A stretch of DNA of 64,000 bases, taken from Eledone cirrhosa (lineage: Eukaryota). The notes under the pieces are model-generated. The model searched no databases, was not told where the DNA came from, and saw only the letters and a list, made by a program, of their open reading frames with translations. The stretch spans positions 64,108,001 through 64,172,000 of the forward strand of contig OZ024741.1 in the NCBI GenBank assembly GCA_964016885.1. Reading direction: 5' to 3'. The translations under genes were made by a program, and so were the position numbers. Of the stretch, positions 31,901 to 48,870 are shown piece after piece. The stretch's first letter is position 1; every line of letters begins with the position of its first letter.

Positions 31901-34900
31901 CCAACCACACCAACCATACCAACCACACCAACCAAACCAACCAAACCAACCAAACCAACCAAACCAACCATACCAACCATACCAACCATACCAACCAGAC
32001 CAACCACACCAACCGTACCAACCATACCAACCAAACCAACCACACCAACCAAACCAACCACACCAACCACACCAACCACCCTAACCATACCAACCACACC
32101 AACCATACCAACCACACCAACCAAACCAACCAAACCAACCAAGCCAACCAAACCAACCATACCAACCATACCAACCAAACCAACCACACCAACCACACCA
32201 ACCACACCAACCACACCAACCAAACCAACCACACCAACCATACCAACCAAACCAACCAAACCAACCAAACCAACCAAACCAACCATACCAACCAAACCAA
32301 CCACACCAACCACACCATCCACACCAACCACACCAACCAAACCAACCACACCAACCACACCAACTAAACCAACCAAACCAACCAAACCAACCACACCAAC
32401 CACACCAACCACACCAACCACACCAACCATACCAACCAGACCAACCACACCAACCGTACCAACCATACCAACCAAACCAACCATACCAACCATACCAACC
32501 ACACCAACCATACCAACCATACCAACCAAACCAACCACACCAACCACACCAACCATACCAACCAAACCAACCACACCAACCATACCAACAAAACCAACCA
32601 CACCAACCATACCAACAAAACCAACCAAACCAACCACACCAACCATACCAACCAAACCAACCACACAAAACCATACCAACCAAACCAACCACACCAACCA
32701 CACCAACCATACCAACCAAACCAACCACACCAACCATACCAACAAAACCAACCAAACCAACCACATCAACCATAACAACCAAACCAACTATAGCATCCAA
32801 ACCAACCACACCAACCACACCAAACATACCAACTAAACCAACCAAACCAACGAAACCAACCTCACCAACCAAACCAACCACACCAGCCACAACAACCATA
32901 CCAACCAAACCAACCATACCAACCACACCAACCATACCAACCATACCAACCATACCAACCATACCAACCAAACCAACCACACCAACCACACCAACCATAC
33001 CAACCACACCAACCATACCAACCATACCAACCAAACCAACCACACCAACCATACCAACCACACCAACCACACCAACCATACTAACCAAACCAACCACACC
33101 AACCACACCAACCACACCAACCACACCAACCACATTAACCATACCAACCAAACCAACCACACTAACCATACCAACCAAACCAACCACACCAACCAAACCA
33201 ACCAAACCAACCACACCAACCAAACCAACCACACCAACCAAACCAACCAAACCAACCACACCAACCATACCAACCATACCAACCATACCAACCACACCAA
33301 ACACATCAACCATACCAACCAAACCAAAGAAACCAACCACACCAACCATACCAACCATACCAACCATACCAACCACACCAACCACACCAACCATACCAAC
33401 CAAACCAACCACACTAACCATACCAACCAAACCAACCACACCAACCAAACCAACCAAACCAACCACACCAACCATACCAACCACACCAACCATACCAACC
33501 ACACCAACCATACCAACCATACCAACCATACCAACCACACCAAACACATCAACCATACCAACCAAACCAAAGAAACCAACCACACCAACCATACCAACCA
33601 TACCAACCATACCAACCACACCAACCACACCAACCATACCAACCACACCAACCATACCAACCATACCAACCATACCAACCACACCAACCACACCAACCAT
33701 ACCAACCATACCAACCATACCAACCACACCAACCACACCAACCATACCAACCATACCAACCATACCAACCAAACCAACCACACCAACCATACCAACCAAA
33801 CCAACCACACCAACCATACCAACCAAACCAACCACACTAACCATACCAACCACACCAACCATACCAACCATACCAACCATACCAACCACACCAACCACAC
33901 CAACCATACCAACCACACCAACCATACCAACCACACCAACCATACCAACCATACCAACCATACCAACCACACCAACCACACCAACCATACCAACCACACC
34001 AACCATACCAACCACACCAACCATACCAACCACACCAACCATACCAACCACACCAACCATACCAACCACACCAACCATACCAACCACACTAACCATACCA
34101 ACCACACCAACCATACCAACCATACCAACCATACCAACCACACCAACCATACCAACCACACCAACCACACCAACCATACCAACCACACCAACCATACCAA
34201 CCATACCAACCATACCAACCACACCAACCACACCAACCATACCAACCAAACCAACCACACCAACCACACCAACCACACCAACCATACCAACCAAACCAAC
34301 CACACCAACCACATTAACCATACCAACCAAACCAACCACACTAACCATACCAACCAAACCAACCACACCAACCAAACCAACCAAACCAACCACACCAACC
34401 ATACCAACCATACCAACCATACCAACCACACCAACCACACCAACCATACCAACCATACCAACCATACCAACCACACCAACCACACCAACCATACCAACCA
34501 TACCAACCATACCAACCAAACCAACCACACCAACCATACCAACCAAACCAACCACACCAACCATACCAACCAAACCAACCACACCAACCATACCAACCAA
34601 ACCAACCACACCAACCACACCAACCATACCAACAAAACCAACCAAACCAACCACACCAACCATACCAACCAAACCAACCACACAAAACCATACCAACCAA
34701 ACCAACCACACCAACCATACCAACCACACCAACCACACCAACCATACCAACCATACCAACCATACCAACCAAACCAACCACACCAACCATACCAACCAAA
34801 CCAACCACACCAACCATACCAACCAAACCAACCACACCAACCATACCAACCAAACCAACCACACCAACCACACCAACCATACCAACAAAACCAACCAAAC

Positions 34901-37900
34901 CAACCACACCAACCATACCAACCAAACCAACCACACAAAACCATACCAACCATACCAACCAAACCAACCACACAAAACCATACCAACCAAACCAACCACA
35001 CCAACCACACCAACCATACCAACCAAACCAACCACACCAACCATACCAACAAAACCAACCAAACCAACCACACCAACCATAACAACCAAACCAACTATAG
35101 CATCCAAACCAACCACACCAACCACACCAAACATACCAACTAAACCAACCAAACCAACGAAACCAACCACACCAACCAAACCAACCACACCAACCACAAC
35201 AACCATACCAACCAAACCAACCATACCAACCACACCAACCATACCAACCATACCAACCATACCAACCATACCAACCAAACCAACCACACCAACCACACCA
35301 ACCATACCAACCATACCAACCATACCAACCATACCAACCAAAGCAACCTCACCAACCACACCAAATATACCAACTAAAACAACCAAACAAACGAAACCAA
35401 CCACACCAACCACACCAACCACACCAACCACACCAACCATACCAACCATACCAACCATACCAACCATACCAACCAAAGCAACCTCACCAACCACAGCAAC
35501 CATACCAACCAAACCAACCATACCAACTAAACCAACCACACCAACCACACCAACCAAACCAACCACACCAACCATACCAACCAAACCAACCATACCAACC
35601 AAACCAACCATACCAACCAAACCAACCATACCAACCAAACCAACCATACCAACCAAACCAAAGAAACCAACCACACCAACCATACCAACCAAACCAACCA
35701 CACCAAACATACCAACCAAACCAACCACACCAACCATAACAACCACACCAACCACACCAACCATACCAACCACACCAGCCACACCAACCATACTAACCAA
35801 ACCAACCACACCAACCACACCAACCACACCAACCACATTAACCATACCAACCAAACCAACCACACTAACCACACCAACCAAACCAACCACACCAACCAAA
35901 CCAACCAAACCAACCACACCAACCATATCAACCATACCAACCATACCAACCATACCAACCACACCAACCACACCAACCATACCAACCAAACCAACCACAC
36001 CAGCCACACCAACCATGCCAACCATACCAACCACACCAACCGTACCAACCATACCAACCAAACCAACCACACTAACCACACCAACCAAACCAACCACACA
36101 AACCAAACCAACCAAACCAAACACACCAACCATATCAACCACACCAACCACACCAACCATACCAACCAAACCAACCATACCAACCATACCAACCACACCA
36201 ACCACACCAACCATACCAACCAAACCAACCACACCAGCCACACCAACCATGCCAACCATACCAACCAAACCAACCATACCAACCGTACCAACCACACCAA
36301 CCAAACCAACCACACCAACCACACGAACCATACCAACCAAACCAACCACACCAACCATACCAACCAAACCAACCACACCAACCATACCAACCAAACCAAC
36401 CACACCAACCACACCAACCATACCAACCAAACCAACCACACCAACCATACCAACCAAACCAACCACACCAACCACACCAACCATACCAACCAGACCAACC
36501 ACACCAACTGTACCAACCATACCAACCAAACCAACCATACCAACCGTACCAACCACACCAACCACACCAACCATACCAACCAAACCAACCACACCAACCA
36601 TACCAACAAAACCAACCAAACCAACCACACCAACCATAACAACCAAACCAACTATAGCATCCAAACCAACCACACCAACCACACCAAACATACCAACTAA
36701 ACCAACCAAACCAACCATACCAACCAAACCAACCAAACCAACCACACCAACCACATCAACCATACCAACCAAACCAACCATACCAACCAAACCAAAGAAA
36801 CCAACCACACCAACCATACCAACCAAACCAACCACACCAACCATACCAACCACACCAACCACACCAACCAAACCAACCACACCAACCACAACAACCATAC
36901 CAACCAAACCAACCATACCAACCACACCAACCATACCAACCATACCAACCATACCAACCATACCAACCAAACCAACCACACCAACCACACCAAACATACC
37001 AACCAAACCAACCATACCAACCAAACCAAAGAAACCAACCACACCAACCATACCAACCAAACCAACCACACCAAACATACCAACCAAACCAACCACACCA
37101 ACCAAACCAACCACACCAACCACAACAACCATACCAACCAAACCAACCATACCAACCACACCAACCATACCAACCATACCAACCATACCAACCATACCAA
37201 CTAAACCAACCACACCAACCACACCAACCAAACCAACCACACCAACCACATCAACCATACCAACCAAACCAACCATACCAACCAAACCAAAGAAACCAAC
37301 CACACCAACCATACCAACCAAACCAACCACACCAAACATACCAACCAAACCAACCACACGAACCATAACAACCACACCAACCACACCAACCATACCAACC
37401 ACACCAACCACACCAACCATACTAACCAAACCAACCACACCAACCACACCAACCACACCAACCACACTAACCACATTAACCATACCAACCAAACCAACCA
37501 CACTAACCATACCAACCAAACCAACCACACCAACCAAACCAACCAAACCAACCACACCAACCATACCAACCATACCAACCATACCAACCACACCAACCAC
37601 ACCAACCATACCAACCAAACCAACCACACCAACCATACCAACCATACCAACCACACCAACCAAACCAACCATACCAACCAAACCAACCAAACCAACCATA
37701 CTAACCAAACTAACCACACCAACCATAACAACCATACCAACCATACCAACCATACCAACCATACCAACCACACCAACCACACTAACCAAACCAACCATAC
37801 CAACCATACCAACCAGACCAACCACACCAACCGTACCAACCAAACCAACCACAACAACCATACCAACCATACCAACCAAACCAACCACACCAACCATACC

Positions 37901-39754
37901 AACCATACCAACCAAACCAACCAGACCAACCATACCAACCATACCAACCATACCAACCAAACCAACCAAACCAACCACACCAACCACACCAACCATACCA
38001 ACCAAACCAACCATACCAACCAAACCAACCACACCAACCAAACCAACCATACCAACCAAACCAACCAAACCAACCACACCAACCACATCAACCATACCAA
38101 CCAAACCAACCATACAACCAAACCAAAGAAACCAACCACACCAACCATACCAACCAAACCAACCACACCAAACATACCAACCAAACCAACCACACCAACC
38201 ATAACAACCACACCAACCACACCAACCATACCAACCACACCAACCACACCAACCATACTAACCAAACCAACCACACCAACCACACCAACTACACCAACCA
38301 CACCAACCACATTAACCATACCAACCAAACCAACCACACTAACCATACCAACCAAACCAACCACACCAACCAAACCAACCAAACCAACCACACCAACCAC
38401 ACCAACCATACCAACCAAACCAACCACACCAACCACACCAACCATACCAACCACACCAACCATACCAACCAAACCAACCAAACCAACCACACCAACCACA
38501 CCAACCACACCAACCAAACCAACCACACCAACCACACCAACCGTACCAACCAAACCAACCAAACCAACCACACCAACCATACCAACCAAACCAACCAAAC
38601 CAACCAAACCACCAAACCAACCAAACCAACCAAACCAACCACACCAACCACACCAACCACACCAACCAAACCAACCACACCAACCACACCAACCATACCA
38701 ACCAAACCAACCACACCAACCACACCAACCATACCAACCAAACCAACCAAACCAACCACACCAACCATACCAACCAAACCAACCAAACCAACCAAACAAC
38801 CAAACCAACCAAACCAACCACACCAACCACACCAACCAAACCAACCAAACCAACCAAACCAACCAAACCAACCAAACCAACCAAACCCACCACACCAACC
38901 ACACCAACCAAACCAACCAAGCCAACCAAACCAACCAAACCAACCAAACCAACCAAACCAACCAAACCAACCACACCAACCACACCAACCACACCAACCA
39001 CACCAACCAAACCAACCACACCAACCACACCAACCATACCAACCAAACCAACCAAACCAACCACACCAACCATACCAACCAAACCAACCAAACCAACCAA
39101 ACCACCAAACCAACCAAACCAACCAAACCAACCAAACCAACCATACCAACCACACCATACATACCAACCAAACCAACCAAACCAACCACACCAACCACAC
39201 CAACCACACCAACCAAACCAACCACACCAACCACACCAACCATACCAACCCCAACCACACCAACCATACCAACCAAACCAACCAAACCAACCAAACCACC
39301 ACACCAACCAAACCAACCAAACCAACCATACCAACCACACCAACCACACCAACCAAACCAACCAAACCAACCACACCAACCAAACCAACCAAACCCACCA
39401 CACCAACCACACCAACCAAACCAACCAAACCAACCAAACCAACCAAACCAACCAAACCAACCACACCAACCACACCAACCAAAGCAACCAAACCAACCAA
39501 ACCAACCACACCAACCACACCAACCACACCAGCCATACCAACCACACCAACCATACCAACCAAACCAACCAAACCAACCACACCAACCACACCAACCACA
39601 CCAACCAAACCAACCACACCAACCACACCAACCATACCAACCAAACCAACCAAACCAACCACACCAACCATACCAACCAAACCAACCAAACCAACCAAAC
39701 CACCAAACCAACCAAACCAACCACACCAACCACACCAACCAAACCAACCAAACC

Positions 39755-42700
39755 AACCAAACCAACCACAACAACCATACCCACCAAACCAACCAAACCA
39801 ACCATACCAACCAATCCAACCACACCAACCACACCAACCATACCAACCAATCCAACCACACCAACCACACCAACCATACCAACCAAACCAACCACACCAA
39901 CCATACCAACCACACCAACCACACCAACCATACCAACAACACCAACCACACCAACCATACCCACCAAACCAACCAAACCAACCAAACCAACCACACCAAC
40001 CATACCAATCAAACCAACCACACCAACCATATCAACCACACCAACCACACCAACCATACCCACCAAACCAACCAAACCAACCACACCAACCATACCAACC
40101 ACACCAACCACACCAACCATACCAACAACACCAACCACACCAACCATACCCACCAAACCAACGAAACCAACCAAACCCACCACACCAACCATACCAACCA
40201 AACCAACCACACCAACCATACCAACCACACCAACCACACCAACCATACCCACCAAACCAACCAAACCAACCACACCAACCACACCAACCACACCAACAAC
40301 ACCAACAACACCAACCACACCAACCATACCCACCAAACCAACCAAACCAACCACACCAACCATACCAACCACACCAACCACACCAACCATACCAACCAAA
40401 CAAACCATACCAACCAAACAAACCATACCAACCAATCCAACCACACCAACAACACCAACCACACCAACCATACCCACCAAACCAACCAAACCAACCACAC
40501 CAACCATACCAACCACACCAACCACACCAACCATACCAACCAAACAAACCATACCAACCATACCAACCAAACCAACCAAACCAACCACACCAACCATACC
40601 CACCAAACCAACCAAACCAACCATACCAACCAATCCAACCACACCAACCACACCAACCAAACCAACCAAACCAAACAAACAATCCAAACCAACCATACCA
40701 ACCAAACTAAACACACCAACCATACCTACCATACCAACCACACCAACCACGCCAACCATACCAACCAAACCAACGATACCAACCAAACCAACCACACCAA
40801 CCACGCCAACCACACCAACCATACCAACCATACCAACCACACCAACCAGACCAACCACACCAACCACACCAACCATACCAACCAAACCAACCATACCAAC
40901 CATACCACCCAAACCAACCACACCAAACACAGCAACCATACCAACCAAACCAACCATACCAACTAAACAAACCACACCAACCACACCAACCATACCAACC
41001 AAACCAACCATACCAACCAAACCAACCAAACCAACCACACCAACCACACCAACCATACCAACCAATCCAACCAAACCAACCAAACCAACCATACCAACCA
41101 CACCAACCACACCAACCATACCAACCATACCAACCAAACCAAACAAACCAACCACACCAACCATGCCAACCATACCAACCATACCAACCAAACCAACCAC
41201 ACCAACCATACCATCCAAACTAACCACACCAACCATACCAACCACGCCAACAACACCAACCATACCAACCAAACCAACCACACCAACCACACCAACCATA
41301 CCAACCAAACCAACCATACCAACCAGACCAACTACACCAACCGTACCAACCAAACCAACCACACCAACCATACCAACCATACCAACCAAACCAACCACAC
41401 CAACCATACCAACCATACCAACCAAACCAACCACACCAACCATACCAACCACACCAACCACACCAACCATACCAACCATACCAACCAGACCAACCACACC
41501 AACCGTACCAACCACACCAACCAAACCAACCACACCAACCACACCAACCATACCAACCACACCAACCATACCAACCACACCAACCAAACCAACCAAACCA
41601 ACCAAACCAACCAAACCAACCATACCAACCATACCAACCATACCAACCAGACCAACCACACCAACCGTACCAACCATACCAACCAAACCAACCACACCAA
41701 CCACCCTAACCATACCAACCACACCAACCATACCAACCACACCAACCAAACCAACCAAACCAACCAAACCAACCAAACCAACAATACCAACCATACCAAC
41801 CAAACCAACCACACCAACCACACCAACCACACCAACCACACCAACCAAACCAACCACACCAACCATACCAACCAAACCAACCAAACAAACCAAACCAACC
41901 AAACCAACCATACCAACCAAACCAACCACACCAACCACACCAACCACACCAACCATACCAACCAAACCAACCACACCAACCAAACCAACCAAACCAACCA
42001 AACCAACCAAACCAACCATACCAACCACACCAACCACACCAACCACACCAACCATACCAACCAAACCAACCACACCAACCAAACCAACCAAACCAACCAA
42101 ACCAACCAAACCAACCAAACCAACCAAACCAACCAAACCAACCAAACCAACCATACCAACCACACCAACTACACCAACCACACCAACCACACCAACCCAC
42201 CAACCATACCAACCAAACCAACCAAACCAACCACACCAACCACACCAACCACACCAACCACACCAACCATACCAACCAAACCAACCAAACCAACCACACC
42301 AACCACACCAACCACACCAACCACACCAACCAAACCAACCATACCAACCACACCAACCACACCAACCAAACCAACCAAACCAACCAAACCAACCACACCA
42401 ACCACACCAACCACACCAACCAACCAACCAAACCAACCAAACCAACCAAACCAACCAAACCAACCACACCAACCAAACCAACCATACCAACCACACCAAC
42501 CACACCAACCAAACCAACCAAACCAACCAAACCAACCAAACCAACCACACCAACCACACCAACCATACCAACCACACCAACCACACCAACCAAACCAACC
42601 ACACCAACCACACCAACCATACCACCAAACCAACCAAACCAACCACACCAACCATACCAACCAAACCAACCAAACCAACCAAACCACCACACCAACCACA

Positions 42701-45700
42701 CCAACCACACCAACCACACCAACCAAACCAACCAAACCAACCATACCAACCACACCAACCACACCAACCAAACCAACCAAACCAACCAAACCAACCACAC
42801 CAACCAAACCAACCAAACCAACCACACCAACCACACCAACCAAACCAACCAAACCAACCAAACCAACCAAACCAACCACACCAACCACACCAACCAAACC
42901 AACCAAACCAACCAAACCAACCACACCAACCACACCAACAACACCAACCATACCAACCACACCAACCATACCAACCAAACCAACCAAACCAACCACACCA
43001 ACCACACCAACCACACCAACCAAACCAACCACACCAACCACACCAACCATACCAACCAAACCAACCAAACCAACCACACGAACCATACCAACCAAACCAA
43101 CCAAACCTACCAAACCACCAAACCAACCAAACCAACCACACCAACCACACCAACCAAACCAACCAAACCAACCAAACCACCACACCAACCACACCAACCA
43201 CACCAACCACAACAGCCATAGCCACCAAACCAACCAAACCAACCAAACCAACCAAACCACCACACCAACCACACCAACCACACCAACCAAACCAACCAAA
43301 CCAACCACAACAACCATACCCACCAAACCAACCAAACCAACCATACCAACCAAACCAACCAAACCACCACACCAACCACACCAACCACACCAACCAAACC
43401 AACCAAACCAACCACAACAACCATACCCACCAAACCAACCAAACCAACCATACCAACCAATCCAACCACACCAACCACACCAACCATACCAACAACACCA
43501 ACCACACCAACCATACCCACCAAACCAACCAAACCAACCAAACCAACCACACCAACCATACCAACCAAACCAACCACACCAACCATACCAACCACACCAA
43601 CCACACCAACCATACCCAACAAACCAACCAAACCAACCACACCAACCATACAAACCACACCAACCACACCAACCATACCAACAACACCAACCACACCAAC
43701 CATACCCACCAAACCAACCAAACCAACCACACCAACCACACCAACAACACCAACCACACCAACCATACCAACCAAACCAACCAAACCAACCACACCAACC
43801 ATACCAACCACACCAACCACAACAACCACACCAACCATACCAACCAAACAAACCATACCAACCATACCAACCAAACCAACCAAACCAACCACACCAACCA
43901 TACCCACCAAACCAACCAAACCAACCATACCAACCAATCCAACCACACCAACCACACCAACCAAACCAACCAAACCAAACAAACAAACCAAACCAACCAT
44001 ACCAACCAAACTAAACACACCAACCATACCAACCATACCAACCACACCAACCACGCCAACCATACCAACAAAACCAACGATACCAACCAAACCAACCACA
44101 CCAACCACGCCAACCACACCAAACATACAAACCAAACCAACCATACCAACCAAACTAAACACACCAACCATACCAACCATAGCAACCACACCAACCAGAC
44201 CAACCACACCAACCACACCAACCATACCAACCAAACCAACCATACCAACCATACCACCCAAACCAACCACACCGAACACAGCAACCATACCAATCAAACC
44301 AACCATACCAACTAAACAAACCACACCAACCACACCAACCATACCAACCAAACCAACCATACCAACCAAACCAACCAAACCAACCACACCAACCACACCA
44401 ACCATACCAACCAATCCAACCAAACCAACCAAACCAACCATACCAACCACACCAACCACACCAACCATACCAACCATACCAACCAAACCAAACAAACCAA
44501 CCACACCAACCATGCCAACCATACCAACCATACCAACCAAACCAACCACACCAACCAAACCAACCACAACAACCATACCCACCAAACCAACCAAACCAAC
44601 CATACCAACCAATCCAACCACACCAACCACACCAACCATACCAACCAATCCAACCACACCAACCACACCAACCATACCAACCAAACCAACCACACCAACC
44701 ATACCAACCACACCAACCACACCAACCATACCAACAACACCAACCACACCAACCATACCCACCAAACCAACCAAACCAACCAAACCAACCACACCAACCA
44801 TACCAATCAAACCAACCACACCAACCATATCAACCACACCAACCACACCAACCATACCCACCAAACCAACCAAACCAACCACACCAACCATACCAACCAC
44901 ACCAACCACACCAACCATACCAACAACACCAACCACACCAACCATACCCACCAAACCAACGAAACCAACCAAACCCACCACACCAACCATACCAACCAAA
45001 CCAACCACACCAACCATACCAACCACACCAACCACACCAACCATACCCACCAAACCAACCAAACCAACCACACCAACCACACCAACCACACCAACAACAC
45101 CAACAACACCAACCACACCAACCATACCCACCAAACCAACCAAACCAACCACACCAACCATACCAACCACACCAACCACACCAACCATACCAACCAAACA
45201 AACCATACCAACCAAACAAACCATACCAACCAATCCAACCACACCAACAACACCAACCACACCAACCATACCCACCAAACCAACCAAACCAACCACACCA
45301 ACCATACCAACCACACCAACCACACCAACCATACCAACCAAACAAACCATACCAACCATACCAACCAAACCAACCAAACCAACCACACCAACCATACCCA
45401 CCAAACCAACCAAACCAACCATACCAACCAATCCAACCACACCAACCACACCAACCAAACCAACCAAACCAAACAAACAATCCAAACCAACCATACCAAC
45501 CAAACTAAACACACCAACCATACCTACCATACCAACCACACCAACCACGCCAACCATACCAACCAAACCAACGATACCAACCAAACCAACCACACCAACC
45601 ACGCCAACCACACCAACCATACCAACCATACCAACCACACCAACCAGACCAACCACACCAACCACACCAACCATACCAACCAAACCAACCATACCAACCA

Positions 45701-48700
45701 TACCACCCAAACCAACCACACCAAACACAGCAACCATACCAACCAAACCAACCATACCAACTAAACAAACCACACCAACCACACCAACCATACCAACCAA
45801 ACCAACCATACCAACCAAACCAACCAAACCAACCACACCAACCACACCAACCATACCAACCAATCCAACCAAACCAACCAAACCAACCATACCAACCACA
45901 CCAACCACACCAACCATACCAACCATACCAACCAAACCAAACAAACCAACCACACCAACCATGCCAACCATACCAACCATACCAACCAAACCAACCACAC
46001 CAACCATACCATCCAAACTAACCACACCAACCATACCAACCACGCCAACAACACCAACCATACCAACCAAACCAACCACACCAACCACACCAACCATACC
46101 AACCAAACCAACCATACCAACCAGACCAACTACACCAACCGTACCAACCAAACCAACCACACCAACCATACCAACCATACCAACCAAACCAACCACACCA
46201 ACCATACCAACCATACCAACCAAACCAACCACACCAACCATACCAACCACACCAACCACACCAACCATACCAACCATACCAACCAGACCAACCACACCAA
46301 CCGTACCAACCACACCAACCAAACCAACCACACCAACCACACCAACCATACCAACCACACCACCATACCAACCACACCAACCAAACCAACCAAACCAACC
46401 AAACCAACCAAACCAACCATACCAACCATACCAACCATACCAACCAGACCAACCACACCAACCGTACCAACCATACCAACCAAACCAACCACACCAACCA
46501 CCCTAACCATACCAACCACACCAACCATACCAACCACACCAACCAAACCAACCAAACCAACCAAACCAACCAAACCAACAATACCAACCATACCAACCAA
46601 ACCAACCACACCAACCACACCAACCACACCAACCACACCAACCAAACCAACCACACCAACCATACCAACCAACCAACCAAACAAACCAAACCAACCAAAC
46701 CAACCATACCAACCAAACCAACCACACCAACCACACCAACCACACCAACCATACCAACCAAACCACCACACCAACCAAACCAACCAAACAACCAAACCAA
46801 CCAACCAAACCAACCATACCAACCACACCAACCACACCAACCACACCAACCATACCAACCAAACCAACCACACCAACCAAACCAACCAAACCAACCAAAC
46901 CAACCAAACCAACCAAACCAACCAAACCAACCAAACCAACCAAACCAACCATACCAACCACACCAACTACACCAACCACACCAACCACACCAACCCACCA
47001 ACCATACCAACCAAACCAACCAAACCAACCACACCAACCACACCAACCACACCAACCACACCAACCATACCAACCAAACCAACCAAACCAACCACACCAA
47101 CCACACCAACCACACCAACCACACCAACCAAACCAACCATACCAACCACACCAACCACACCAACCAAACCAACCAAACCAACCAAACCAACCACACCAAC
47201 CACACCAACCACACCAACCAAACCAACCAAACCAACCAAACCAACCAAACCAACCAAACCAACCACACCAACCAAACCAACCATACCAACCACACCAACC
47301 ACACCAACCAAACCAACCAAACCAACCAAACCAACCAAACCAACCACACCAACCACACCAACCATACCAACCACACCAACCACACCAACCAAACCAACCA
47401 CACCAACCACACCAACCATACCACCAAACCAACCAAACCAACCACACCAACCATACCAACCAAACCAACCAAACCAACCAAACCACCACACCAACCACAC
47501 CAACCACACCAACCACACCAACCAAACCAACCAAACCAACCATACCAACCACACCAACCACACCAACCAAACCAACCAAACCAACCAAACCAACCACACC
47601 AACCAAACCAACCAAACCAACCACACCAACCACACCAACCAAACCAACCAAACCAACCAAACCAACCAAACCAACCACACCAACCACACCAACCAAACCA
47701 ACCAAACCAACCAAACCAACCACACCAACCACACCAACAACACCAACCATACCAACCACACCAACCATACCAACCAAACCAACCAAACCAACCACACCAA
47801 CCACACCAACCACACCAACCAAACCAACCACACCAACCACACCAACCATACCAACCAAACCAACCAAACCAACCACACGAACCATACCAACCAAACCAAC
47901 CAAACCAACCAAACCACCAAACCAACCAAACCAACCACACCAACCACACCAACCAAACCAACCAAACCAACCAAACCACCACACCAACCACACCAACCAC
48001 ACCAACCACAACAGCCATAGCCACCAAACCAACCAAACCAACCAAACCAACCAAACCACCACACCAACCACACCAACCACACCAACCAAACCAACCAAAC
48101 CAACCACAACAACCATACCCACCAAACCAACCAAACCAACCATACCAACCAAACCAACCAAACCACCACACCAACCACACCAACCACACCAACCAAACCA
48201 ACCAAACCAACCACAACAACCATACCCACCAAACCAACCAAACCAACCATACCAACCAATCCAACCACACCAACCACACCAACCATACCAACAACACCAA
48301 CCACACCAACCATACCCACCAAACCAACCAAACCAACCAAACCAACCACACCAACCATACCAACCAAACCAACCACACCAACCATACCAACCACACCAAC
48401 CACACCAACCATACCCAACAAACCAACCAAACCAACCACACCAACCATACAAACCACACCAACCACACCAACCATACCAACAACACCAACCACACCAACC
48501 ATACCCACCAAACCAACCAAACCAACCACACCAACCACACCAACAACACCAACCACACCAACCATACCAACCAAACCAACCAAACCAACCACACCAACCA
48601 TACCAACCACACCAACGACACCAACCATACCAACCAAGCAAACCATACCAACCATACCAACCATACCCACCAAACCAACCAAACCAACCACACAAACCAT

Positions 48701-48870
48701 ACCAACCACAACAACCACACCAACCATACCAACCAAACCAACCAAACCAACCATACCAACCAATCCAACCACACCAACCACACCAACCAAACCAACCAAA
48801 CCAAACAAACAAACCAAACCAACCATACCAACCAAACTAAACACACCAACCATACCAACCATACCAACCA
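39755..48870 (+). repeat. About 4798-bp tandem duplication within the array
   Basis: Identical ORF-track peptides at offset 4798 (40009/44807, 40707/45505, 40963/45761). The second copy has additional 1-bp indels around 46360-46800. Confidence 0.88.
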
